Positions 56,294 to 64,000 of a stretch of DNA of 64,000 nt are shown here, piece after piece. How positions within the stretch are numbered: the stretch's first letter is position 1; every line of letters begins with the position of its first letter. Both the position numbers and the translations under genes were made by a program. The DNA comes from Bryobacteraceae bacterium (GTDB lineage Bacteria > Acidobacteriota > Terriglobia > Bryobacterales > Bryobacteraceae), in contig JBEKSR010000003.1 in NCBI GenBank assembly GCA_049516835.1, positions 8,302 to 72,301 of the forward strand, written 5' to 3'. The notes beneath the pieces were generated by a model. That model had not been told where the DNA came from. It ran no database searches and saw nothing but the letters and a program-made list of their open reading frames with translations.

Positions 56294-57118
56294 ATGCATA
56301 CAGTTACGAGAAGGCGTTTTGTGGCAGGAAGCGCAACGGGAATGGCCGCCACCGGCTGGGGCGTGGCCTCCCTTGACGCGCAGGATTGGGCGCGCCAGGC
56401 GGTGGACAAGTCGCCGCGGCGGCGCGAGTGGGTGACGGTGAAGCACGATAGCCGGGCCGTCGAGTCGTTTGTGGCTTATCCGCAAGCGCCGGGCAAGGCG
56501 CCGGCGATGGTGGTCATCCACGAGATTTTCGGAATGACCGACTGGGTGGAGAGCGTCACCGATGAGTTTGCGGAGGCAGGCTATCTGGCGATCGCTCCCG
56601 ACCTGCTGTCGGGTATGGGTCCGAACGGCGGACGGACAAAGGACATTCCGGCGAACGGGGTGGGGCAGGCCATCGGCAAGCTGCCGCCCGACCAGATCAC
56701 CGCGGATCTCAATGCCGTGGCCGACTATATCAGGAAACTGCCCGCTTGCAACGGGAAGGTTTGCGTGGTGGGTTTCTCGTGGGGCGGTGGACAATCGTTC
56801 CGCTTCGCGACCAACCGCAAGGATCTGTCGGCGGCATTCGTGTGCTACGGCAGCGGCCCGGCGCCGGACGCCATCCCCAACATCCAGGCTCCAGTCTACG
56901 GTTTCTACGCGGGGGCCGATGCGCGCATCAACGCCAGCGTTCCAGCCACCCAGGAACAGATGAAAGCGGCGGGCAAGTTCTTCGAAGTAGCAACTTACGA
57001 AGGCGCAGCCCACGGCTTCATGCGGGCCGGAGCGCAGCCGGATGCGACGGAAGCCAACAAGAAAGCGCGCGCCGAAGCATGGGTCAAGCTGAAGGCGTTC
57101 AGAGACAAAGCCAAGTAA
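56294..57118 (+). CDS. Dienelactone hydrolase family protein with TAT signal
   Basis: 'TRRRFVAGSATGMAA' (TAT), 'MVVIHEIFGMTDWV' and 'VCVVGFSWGG' (nucleophile elbow with Cys/Ser position). Confidence 0.8.
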   Translation: MHTVTRRRFVAGSATGMAATGWGVASLDAQDWARQAVDKSPRRREWVTVKHDSRAVESFVAYPQAPGKAPAMVVIHEIFGMTDWVESVTDEFAEAGYLAIAPDLLSGMGPNGGRTKDIPANGVGQAIGKLPPDQITADLNAVADYIRKLPACNGKVCVVGFSWGGGQSFRFATNRKDLSAAFVCYGSGPAPDAIPNIQAPVYGFYAGADARINASVPATQEQMKAAGKFFEVATYEGAAHGFMRAGAQPDATEANKKARAEAWVKLKAFRDKAK

Positions 57119-57142
57119 GGGCGCTGCCAATCAAGGAAGCCG

Positions 57143-57343
57143 ATGACAGAAGCCAACGAAGGCAGCTTCAGATGTCCTGAGTGTCATACTCCGGTCGAAC
57201 TGGATACACCAAAATGTCCGGGCTGTGGTGGATTATTCAAGGCGGGGCTTGCTTCACTCTCCGAAAAAGAGCAGCGAGTCTATCAAACCGAACATCAGAA
57301 AGCGATGGCCGCAAAGCAACAGCGACGTTCGGAACGGCGGTAG
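57143..57343 (+). CDS. Small zinc-ribbon protein
   Basis: 66 aa, 'CPECHTPVELDTPKCPGCG'. It ends at a TAG that is followed in frame by 50 open codons containing a TM helix. Confidence 0.4.
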   Translation: MTEANEGSFRCPECHTPVELDTPKCPGCGGLFKAGLASLSEKEQRVYQTEHQKAMAAKQQRRSERR

Positions 57344-57556
57344 GAACTGCAGGACAATCCATTCGATCCCCGCACAGAGGTCTCGGCCGACGCCATCCAC
57401 ATTGCCAGCCGGATAGTGAAGCATCTGTGGATCATTTTCGTGTTGTTGCCGTTCGTCGCCGCGTTGCTGTTGATTTTAGCGGGCGTCATCAAATAGCATC
57501 CCGGCCCGGCGTTAGAAAGGCTTCCCAGTCTTGCTATTCTGGGAAGCGGCGGAAGC

Positions 57557-57739
57557 ATGACGGCGAACGAACTGAAACGGAAGCTGAAAAAGCTGGGATG
57601 CACCTTTGAGCAGGGAACCCGGCACCTGATCGCCGTCCATAAAGGAAAGGCTTCGCCGATCCCGCGCCATCCGGCGCAAGAAATTAAGACCGGAACTTAC
57701 CACAAGATTCTCAGGGATCTCCGATTCAAGGAGGAATAG
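57557..57739 (+). CDS. hicA: HicA mRNA-interferase toxin
   Basis: 60 aa. 'ELKRKLKKLGCTFEQGTRHLIAVHKGKASPIPRHPAQEIKTGTYHKILRDL' is the canonical HicA/YcfA sequence. Confidence 0.85.
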   Translation: MTANELKRKLKKLGCTFEQGTRHLIAVHKGKASPIPRHPAQEIKTGTYHKILRDLRFKEE

Positions 57740-57744
57740 AGAAC

Positions 57745-58176
57745 ATGAAATACCCCGCGCTGTTTGATCCCGCCGAAGAGGGCGGATTCGTCATCACCTT
57801 CCTGGACTGGGACTGGGGAGTCACCCAGGGAGAGGATGAGGCCGACGCGGTTGACATGGCGCAAGACGCACTCATCACGATGATCGCTCACTCGATCCGC
57901 CATGGGAAGCCCGTTCCTCCACCCAGCAGCCAACCAAAGGGCAAGAAGTACCGCATGATCGAACTACCAGCGAAGATCGCGCTGAAAACGGAACTGTATA
58001 TCGCATTCAAGGCATCCGGTATCACCAAAACCGTCCTGGCGCAGAAGCTGTGTATTCCGATTACCAACGTGGACCGGCTGTTCGACTTCAAGAACCACAC
58101 CCGTCTGGAGCAAATTGAGGCCGCCTTCCACGCGCTCGGCAAGGGGCTGACGATCGACGTGCGGGATGCGGCATAG
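57745..58176 (+). CDS. hicB: HicB antitoxin with C-terminal HTH
   Basis: 'YPALFDPAEEGGFVITFLDWDWGVTQGEDEADAVDMAQDAL' gives the HicB N-domain. 'TKTVLAQKLCIPITNVDRLFD' gives the HTH. Confidence 0.8.
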   Translation: MKYPALFDPAEEGGFVITFLDWDWGVTQGEDEADAVDMAQDALITMIAHSIRHGKPVPPPSSQPKGKKYRMIELPAKIALKTELYIAFKASGITKTVLAQKLCIPITNVDRLFDFKNHTRLEQIEAAFHALGKGLTIDVRDAA

Positions 58177-58212
58177 GGGGAAGAGGCAATTCTGGGAACT
58201 GGAGGTAGCGCA

Positions 58213-58503
58213 ATGGCTCTGGTGACTTGCCCCGAATGCGGGAACGAGAAAGTGGCGAGCAGCGCTGAATCTTGTCCCGCGTGCGGCAACACCTGTTGGT
58301 TGATTGTCGTCCGTCGTGAGGAATGCGTCTGTTATATGTGTAACGGAATAGGTACAGCACGAACAATTCTATCAGGGCCTGTTGGATATGTAGGTTCGGA
58401 ACCGTGCGGCATTTGCCAGGGGAAGAAACGGGTGATCGCGAGTTTGATGAGAAATGTAAAGACAGGCCATGAGTATCATGCTTTGGGCGAACCGATCCCG
58501 TAA
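58213..58503 (+). CDS. Small Cys-rich protein: zinc ribbon plus DnaJ-type CxxCxGxG zinc-finger repeats
   Basis: 'CPECG...CPACG' is followed by 'CYMCNGIG' and 'CGICQGKK'. AT-richer than the surroundings. Confidence 0.45.
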   Translation: MALVTCPECGNEKVASSAESCPACGNTCWLIVVRREECVCYMCNGIGTARTILSGPVGYVGSEPCGICQGKKRVIASLMRNVKTGHEYHALGEPIP

Positions 58504-58576
58504 CTTCCTGCACAATCACCACTAGATGTACGCCTCCGTCGCGGCTAGGCGCGAACGGCCAGCCCCGGCCATCTCA

Positions 58577-60682
58577 TCACGTATCGATAGCCACCACTTC
58601 GTGCAGGGCAATGGGCAGCGTGGTGGTCTCGATCCATGCTCCGCTTTGCCGCCACTGCGCCTTGGCTTCGCCGACCAGGAAGCGGACGTTGCGCGCTTTA
58701 GCGCCTTCGGGTAACTTCACACGGACCTTCTGGGGGCCGACCGGCAGGATCTCGCGGAGCGGCCCTTTCATCATCATCGGGTTGGAGAGGTTGACGAGGT
58801 GAACCGTGACGGAGGACTGCTGCTTCCATAGCGCCACATCGAGCACGCCGGGGCCTTCGACGCGAAGCGGCTGCTCCTCGTTGGCGGCCCAGCGGACGGC
58901 ATTAGCCAGAACAATCCCGTGATCCTGGCACATGATTTCCCAGAACGTCCGGTCGATGTCCCACGGAAAGTAAACTACGCGGCCCGAGCCGGAGGAGTGA
59001 ATCATCACACCGGGAATGACGGCCGTGGTGTCACGCACGTACACCTCCTCCATGGGCAGATCGGGGTAGGTGGGCACCGTCATAAGGGGCGCGCGCAAGC
59101 CGGGCGCGGTGCGAATCTCGACGCGCTTGACGCCGTGAATCATGCGGCCCGCATGCTCGAGCCCCGCCAGCAGGGGATGGGAGTGGTCTTCGAGGTTCAG
59201 GTAGGCGTTCTGCTGGCGCTCGATCACGTTGCCGGCAAAGGAGGCGCCGAAGAGGCCGGCGAGGCCGAAATCGTCGCGGCGCCGGCCGCGCTCGTCGCAG
59301 AGCGAGGTTTCGTGAGTGGCAACCAGCCCGCCGCCGTTTTCGACGAAGGACTTCAACTGTGCGCACTGCGCGTCGGACAGGTTGGCGATGTTGGGCAGGG
59401 CCAGGACTTGGAATTGCCGCACGTGCGCCGGGTCGAGTTGGGTTTCCAGAACCATTTCGAAGGGGATCCGGGCTTCCACCAGCGCGTGGTAGAACCCGGA
59501 AGTGTGGTCCGGCGCGGCCCGCGACGCAGACGCGGACACCAGCCCGACGCGGGCCAGCGGGCGCTCGTTGCGCAGATACTTCTCGTTCTTCCAGTGCCAG
59601 ACGTAAAGGTCCTCGACGGGCTTGAACCAGCGCTGGTCGAGGGGCTTGGCATTGAACTTGACGACCCAGGGCCGGAAGCCCTGGGCGATGCCGTCCACGG
59701 CCCACAGCCGGACCTCATGGGGGTTCTGGGTGGAGTCCTTCCAGCGGTAAGGCGCCTCATATCCGACGCTGAATAAACCCACGATGGGCTTCGAGCCGGA
59801 GATCGAGCGGGCCTCCTTGGCAAACTTCCCGTTCTGCCAGGGCAACTGGAATTCGGAGCGGCACTGCCGATCCGCAACGAGAATCGGGACCGAAACGCTT
59901 TCGCGTATCTGGTCGAATCCGTTGGGGAAAAACGCGGCCTCCGGATTGCGCTTGCGGATCTCGGCATCCCAGAGTAAATACAAATCCAAGAGGCGTTTCT
60001 TCTGCCATGCGCTGTATTGAGCGCGCGCGTCGCCGGGCGTCCCCGCTGCTCGCGGAAGTTCCAAGCCGCTGAATTCCTTGAAACTGCGCTGGCAGTGCTG
60101 GCAGTAGCACATGCCCGACCCGCTCCAGCGGTTGGCGAAGATGCCATCGACCTTGTAGAGGGTCATGATCTCCTGGATCACGCTGGTCATGAACTCGAAG
60201 TTGTAGGGGCCGAGCGCACAGGTTACCCATTCGGTAGGCATGGCCCAATGGCGGCGAGGCTGGCCGTTGGCTTCCACGGCGATCCAATCCGGATGAGCGT
60301 CGAAGACGTTCTGATGCGCGGCGTGGGGATCCACGCGCGCGGTCACAATCATGCCAAGCTTGCGGCAGCCCGCGAGCATTTCGCCAAAGGTGTCGCCATT
60401 GCCGAGGAACTTGCTGCGGTAATGCAGCGGCACCTCGGTCGGATAGAAGGCCACGCATCCGCCGGCGCTCAGGCACACGGCATCGGCGTGGATCCGCTTG
60501 AAATAGTCGAGCCAGAAGCCGGGATCGTAGCGGCCTGGATCGTCCTCGACGAAAGCCAGTTGCACCCACCGCATGGGCCGGTCGAACCAGCCTTTGTCCG
60601 GGTTTTGCTGGCTGAAAGCCGTGCCGGCAGCCGCTAACGCGCCGGTCTCGATCATCCATTCGCGCCGGTTGATTTCCATCAA
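58577..60682 (-). CDS. Putative glycoside hydrolase (GHL6-like TIM barrel plus GH42-type middle/GATase-like domain) with TAT-like signal
   Basis: 'NRREWMIETGALAAAGTAF' at the N-terminus. 'ADAVCLSAGGCVAFYPT' resembles a GHL-type barrel. 'FQVLALPNIANLSDAQCAQLKSFVENGGGLVATHETS' resembles the beta-galactosidase trimerisation/GATase-like domain. Confidence 0.55.
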   Translation of the reverse strand: MMEINRREWMIETGALAAAGTAFSQQNPDKGWFDRPMRWVQLAFVEDDPGRYDPGFWLDYFKRIHADAVCLSAGGCVAFYPTEVPLHYRSKFLGNGDTFGEMLAGCRKLGMIVTARVDPHAAHQNVFDAHPDWIAVEANGQPRRHWAMPTEWVTCALGPYNFEFMTSVIQEIMTLYKVDGIFANRWSGSGMCYCQHCQRSFKEFSGLELPRAAGTPGDARAQYSAWQKKRLLDLYLLWDAEIRKRNPEAAFFPNGFDQIRESVSVPILVADRQCRSEFQLPWQNGKFAKEARSISGSKPIVGLFSVGYEAPYRWKDSTQNPHEVRLWAVDGIAQGFRPWVVKFNAKPLDQRWFKPVEDLYVWHWKNEKYLRNERPLARVGLVSASASRAAPDHTSGFYHALVEARIPFEMVLETQLDPAHVRQFQVLALPNIANLSDAQCAQLKSFVENGGGLVATHETSLCDERGRRRDDFGLAGLFGASFAGNVIERQQNAYLNLEDHSHPLLAGLEHAGRMIHGVKRVEIRTAPGLRAPLMTVPTYPDLPMEEVYVRDTTAVIPGVMIHSSGSGRVVYFPWDIDRTFWEIMCQDHGIVLANAVRWAANEEQPLRVEGPGVLDVALWKQQSSVTVHLVNLSNPMMMKGPLREILPVGPQKVRVKLPEGAKARNVRFLVGEAKAQWRQSGAWIETTTLPIALHEVVAIDT

Positions 60683-60750
60683 AAGCGGGTCTCCCGATTC
60701 TTAGTCTACATTGACAGCTTTGGCCCTACGGCCATACCATTTGCTGTTCA

Positions 60751-61860
60751 ATGATGAAAAACAACCCTGATTCGTTCAACCGGCGGAATCTCCTGAAAGT
60801 ATCCACCATTCTTGGTGGTGGGGGCATAATCGCCCAGACGGCAGTCCCGACGAGCGCCCTGGCGCAGCAGCCCCGCCTCACCGAAAAGGACATCTTAACG
60901 AAGGCCCGCGAACGCCTCTACCCCACCTGCCGGGTCTGCCCCGTTTGTGACGGCGTAGCCTGCTCCGGAGATTCCGGGGGAATCGCCGGCAGCGGAACGG
61001 GCATGTCGTTCCAGAACAACTTCACGGCGCTCCAACGCGTGAAGCTGGTCATGCGGAACGTGCATGACGTGGCGAAGGCCGATACCTCCACCACGATCTT
61101 TGGCCGTAAGATCTCTTTGCCGGCGGTGTGCGCGCCCATGGGTCCGGCGGGCACCAGGTTCGGAAAAGGGATGACGCAACAGGAATGGTTCGACTCCCTG
61201 GTCGGCGGATGCGTGGCCGCCGGCACGTTGGGCGCCGTGGGCGACAATCTCACCTATCCCATCGAGGACGTGAAGAGGAACCTGGCGGTGGTCAGCCGTT
61301 TCCAGGGTAAGGCGCTCTACAACAGCAAGCCGATTCCCAACGAAATCATTTTGAAGTGGCAGCCCGAGATCGACGCCACCGGCGCCGCATGGCTTTCCAT
61401 CGACGTGGATTCCGGGCCTAAAAGCGTGGCTCAGTTGCGCGAATTGGTCAAGGCTTTCAAAATGCCGGTGGTGGTGAAGGGCATCATGACGCTCGACGAT
61501 GCCATGCGATGCGTCGATGCCGGTGTGGCGGGCATCGCCGTATCGAATCATGGCGGGCGCAGGCAGGATCACACAGCGGGCACCGCGGAGGTGCTGCCGG
61601 CGGTCGCGGCGAAACTGAAAGGCAAGATCCCGATCCTGACCGACGGCTGCGTGGCATCCGGCACGGACGTGCTGAAGTACCTGGCTCTGGGCGCCGACCT
61701 CGTCATGGTGGGCCGGCACATCCTGCGCGCCGCGTACGGCGGTGGCGCCGACGGCGTCGCGCTTTTCATGAACCGGATGCGCGCCGAGTTGCAGAGCGCC
61801 ATGGTCCTGACGGGCGTTCCGTCGGTGTCGAAGATCGACAGCCGGATCATCTTCGCCTGA
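60751..61860 (+). CDS. FMN-dependent alpha-hydroxy-acid dehydrogenase/oxidase family protein with TAT signal
   Basis: 'NRRNLLKVSTILGGGG' (TAT). 'PVVVKGIMTLDDA', 'GIAVSNHGGRRQD', 'ILTDGCVASGTDVLKYLALGADLVMVGR' fit the FMN_dh pattern. Confidence 0.85.
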   Translation: MMKNNPDSFNRRNLLKVSTILGGGGIIAQTAVPTSALAQQPRLTEKDILTKARERLYPTCRVCPVCDGVACSGDSGGIAGSGTGMSFQNNFTALQRVKLVMRNVHDVAKADTSTTIFGRKISLPAVCAPMGPAGTRFGKGMTQQEWFDSLVGGCVAAGTLGAVGDNLTYPIEDVKRNLAVVSRFQGKALYNSKPIPNEIILKWQPEIDATGAAWLSIDVDSGPKSVAQLRELVKAFKMPVVVKGIMTLDDAMRCVDAGVAGIAVSNHGGRRQDHTAGTAEVLPAVAAKLKGKIPILTDGCVASGTDVLKYLALGADLVMVGRHILRAAYGGGADGVALFMNRMRAELQSAMVLTGVPSVSKIDSRIIFA

Positions 61861-61871
61861 CAAGGGGCGCC

Positions 61872-62258
61872 ATGCGATTTCAGGTGAGCATCGGGCTGGC
61901 GTTGGCCGCGGCGCTGCTGTTGTGCGTGCTGCCGGGCGCGGCCGGCGCGGGTGGCCGCCTTCCTACTCTCAGTTATCGCGGCGGCGGGCATGGCAAGGTG
62001 GTCTTCGACCATCAATTGCATGCGTCCGAGGGTTTTCGCTGCAACGATTGCCACACCGATTTCGCGGGGACGGGAAAGCAGCTTTTTACAACCCGCAAAC
62101 AGGGTCTCATCACGTTTGCGGATCATAAAGCGGGCACCAAGTGTTTTGCCTGTCACAATGGCGACGGCGTGCCCGACGATCGCAAGGGCACCTTCTATAG
62201 CGGGAAGGGCGCGTCTGACGACTGCGATCTCTGCCACCGCAAGATTGGCGGCTTTTAG
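61872..62258 (+). CDS. Triheme c7/c3-type cytochrome, secreted
   Basis: Three CxxCH motifs (CNDCH, CFACH, CDLCH) and 'VVFDHQLH' distal His residues. Signal peptide 'IGLALAAALLLCVLPGAAGA'. There is an 11-nt gap after the FMN enzyme gene. Confidence 0.8.
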   Translation: MRFQVSIGLALAAALLLCVLPGAAGAGGRLPTLSYRGGGHGKVVFDHQLHASEGFRCNDCHTDFAGTGKQLFTTRKQGLITFADHKAGTKCFACHNGDGVPDDRKGTFYSGKGASDDCDLCHRKIGGF

Positions 62259-62428
62259 CACGCGGTGCGGGAACTTGGCGCCAACCCAGGTGCACGCCAC
62301 CAGCCGCCCATCCACGCCGCCCACCAGGGCCGAGCCGCTGTGCGCCTCGCACGCCACCACCACCTGGTCCGCCACGTGCCGTATTTCCTGCAAGGGGCAG
62401 CTTGGCCGCCAGTTCGCTATTGTGAGGT

Positions 62429-63685
62429 ATGATGCCGGGTACGACACCAGGAACGAATGGCAGCGTTCGCCGGAACTGGGTGGTGCTGGTTGCCGCTGCG
62501 CTGGCGTTCGCTCTCAAAGTCGCACTTGCGCTGAACACCTACGGAACCAACGATGTCATTACGTGGGAGCGGCACCTGGCCAAGATCAAGGATGATGGTG
62601 CACTGGCCTGGTATCGCGACGGCCCAGACATACGCACTCCAGACGGGCGCCGCATTGCCGGGCAGGTACCCAATCATCCGCCCTTTGTCATCTCGATACT
62701 GGCAGCTTGGGACTACTTGGCCCGTGTCTCGGGCCTGCCGTTTCGCTTCTGGCTGCGCTTTACCAGTTCCCTCGCGGACATCGCCAGCCTGCTGCTGATA
62801 TGGAGGTGCCGGATCTCCGCCGGTTTGGGCGCGCGGCCCGTAGTGTTGCTGCTGATAGCCCTCTCTCCCGTATCGATCATGGTTTCCGGCTTTCACGGGA
62901 ATACCGATCCCCTCGTGGTCTCCATCCTACTGCTCTCCATCTGGCTGGCCGAAAGCGGCAGGCCGGCTTGGCTGGCTGGCGCGGTGTTTGGGATGGCCAT
63001 GAATATTAAAGTCGTGCCGATTCTCTTCGCTCCCGCGTTCCTGCTTTACTTGCGGGGCACGCAGCGCAGGATTGGTTTTGCAGTTGCCGCCAGTGCGGTC
63101 TTTCTAACAGGTTCCCTGCCGTATATCGCCCAAGACCCCGTACTCATCATCCATCGCCTGTTTGGTTACGATCCGGCACTCGTCATCCATCGTCTGTTTG
63201 GTTACGCCCCGGTGACCGCAACCTGGGGACTGTCGCAGATCGGTTCTGTTTTCCTCCCGAAAGGCGGGTATGAAGTCTACCTGGCCGCAGGCAAGGCGAT
63301 CCTGCTTCTGATCGTCCTTGGGGCATCGTTTTGGATGAACTGGGGGAAGCGCAAACCGGCCCTTTTTCTGCAGTGCGGATTCATTGCATTTCTCTTCATT
63401 TTCTGGACCCCGGGCTTTGGCGTGCAATACCTCGCCTGGCTGGTGCCGTGGTCCGCTGGCCTGGATGGCAGACGCTTGCAGTGGTATTACGCCCTCAGCG
63501 CGGCGTTTCTGTTCATGAAGTATACGTGGTGGTCCCGCGGGTTTCCCTGGTTCCTGGCGAATTCGTTCGACCCCGGTCCGCTGTTTTGGGCCGGGATGCT
63601 GGCAATTCCCTTGGGGCTGGCATGTTGGATTTCGGTCGGCGCCGTCGCGCACAAGTTGAAGATCCGCCTTAGCGCATCCGCTTGA
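62429..63685 (+). CDS. Polytopic membrane glycosyltransferase-like protein (GT-C type, DUF2029/PMT_2-like)
   Basis: 418 aa with about 10 TM helices. The early loop 'NDVITWERH...NHPPFVISILAAW' fits GT-C-type architecture. Family assignment is tentative. Confidence 0.5.
   Translation: MMPGTTPGTNGSVRRNWVVLVAAALAFALKVALALNTYGTNDVITWERHLAKIKDDGALAWYRDGPDIRTPDGRRIAGQVPNHPPFVISILAAWDYLARVSGLPFRFWLRFTSSLADIASLLLIWRCRISAGLGARPVVLLLIALSPVSIMVSGFHGNTDPLVVSILLLSIWLAESGRPAWLAGAVFGMAMNIKVVPILFAPAFLLYLRGTQRRIGFAVAASAVFLTGSLPYIAQDPVLIIHRLFGYDPALVIHRLFGYAPVTATWGLSQIGSVFLPKGGYEVYLAAGKAILLLIVLGASFWMNWGKRKPALFLQCGFIAFLFIFWTPGFGVQYLAWLVPWSAGLDGRRLQWYYALSAAFLFMKYTWWSRGFPWFLANSFDPGPLFWAGMLAIPLGLACWISVGAVAHKLKIRLSASA
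63135..63206 (+). repeat. 36-nt in-frame tandem duplication inside the glycosyltransferase-like gene
   Basis: CTCATCATCCATCGCCTGTTTGGTTACG (63143-63170) against CTCGTCATCCATCGTCTGTTTGGTTACG (63179-63206) matches 26/28. The peptide reads 'DPVLIIHRLFGY|DPALVIHRLFGY'. Confidence 0.7.
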
Positions 63686-64000
63686 GCCAGCCACCTGGAT
63701 TGAAAGTCACGAGGAATTTTTCGCGCGAACGATCCACCGCGAAATTCCGGTTCCCGGCCAGAAACTCCGCCGTCGCTTCCGCCGGACCCGGACCCCATCC
63801 CCTCCAGACCGGGTGGCCGTTTATATTCGTGTCCTCTACGACTAAGTACTGGCCCGGCGTGACCATGCGGCTGTAGATTTCCAGTTCGCGGAGGACGTGC
63901 GGCGCGTGATGGTCGGAGTCCAGCACGGCCATCACCGTCTCGCCCGGCTTTACAAGCGCTTCGATCTGACGCACAATTTCCGGTGAAGTGGAAGACCCGA
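63669..64000 (-). CDS. CmcI/cephalosporin-hydroxylase-family class I methyltransferase (5' end outside the window)
   Basis: 'VLDSDHHAPHVLRELEIYSRMVTPGQYLVVEDTNINGHP...GPGPAEATAEFL' fits the CmcI family. The ORF is open to the window edge. Confidence 0.7.
   Translation of the reverse strand, partial: GSSTSPEIVRQIEALVKPGETVMAVLDSDHHAPHVLRELEIYSRMVTPGQYLVVEDTNINGHPVWRGWGPGPAEATAEFLAGNRNFAVDRSREKFLVTFNPGGWLKRMR

Noticed and set aside
62259-62428. A minus-strand frame reading '...EIRHVADQVVVACEAHSGSALVGGVDGRLVACTWVGAKFPHRV' that looks protein-like, possibly a gene remnant between the cytochrome and the glycosyltransferase-like gene.
   Set aside because: No family could be recognised, there is no start or RBS, and the frame continues antisense into the cytochrome gene. 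The evidence is insufficient.

Overview
This is a 64-kb, high-GC bacterial chromosome segment. GC was only spot-counted: 46/60 at 10441-10500 against 30/60 at 5341-5400. Several hallmarks suggest Acidobacteriota (inference): a PadR regulator next to an ADOP-type duplicated FtsX/MacB permease, a CarboxypepD_reg-type TonB-dependent receptor, and many twin-arginine (TAT) signal hydrolases. I support about 65 coding genes or gene remnants and found no rRNA, tRNA or CRISPR array. Core content covers housekeeping genes (rsmI, hom, dut, a thyX-like gene, ahpCD, glgP), carbohydrate and sugar-acid utilisation (GH3, GH105, two MFS transporters, ManD-like and MR/MLE enolase-superfamily enzymes, an RraA-like protein, a DUF1080 fusion), a double-ATPase BcrAD/BadFG activase with a dehydratase-like partner, and an anaerobic sulfatase-maturase-like radical SAM enzyme. 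Accessory content is dense: 9-11 toxin-antitoxin (TA) type loci, several visibly decayed, a block of pseudogenes, REP/MITE-like palindromic elements, and an AT-richer island at about 3.1-7.3 kb. The best candidate for something undescribed lies in that island. A 2134-bp element (4078-6211) has IS1-family-type ends (GGnnnTG, 25/28 matching inverted repeats) and a perfect 8-bp target duplication (CTGCCGTG). It keeps only a C-terminal stump of an IS1 transposase and instead carries a tightly coupled three-gene operon of unrecognisable proteins. It is inserted 34 bp upstream of a fourth orphan gene. A second notable locus is a TAT-exported FMN alpha-hydroxy-acid dehydrogenase directly followed by a triheme c7-type cytochrome. 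All family assignments are by-eye motif recognition; no searches were run.
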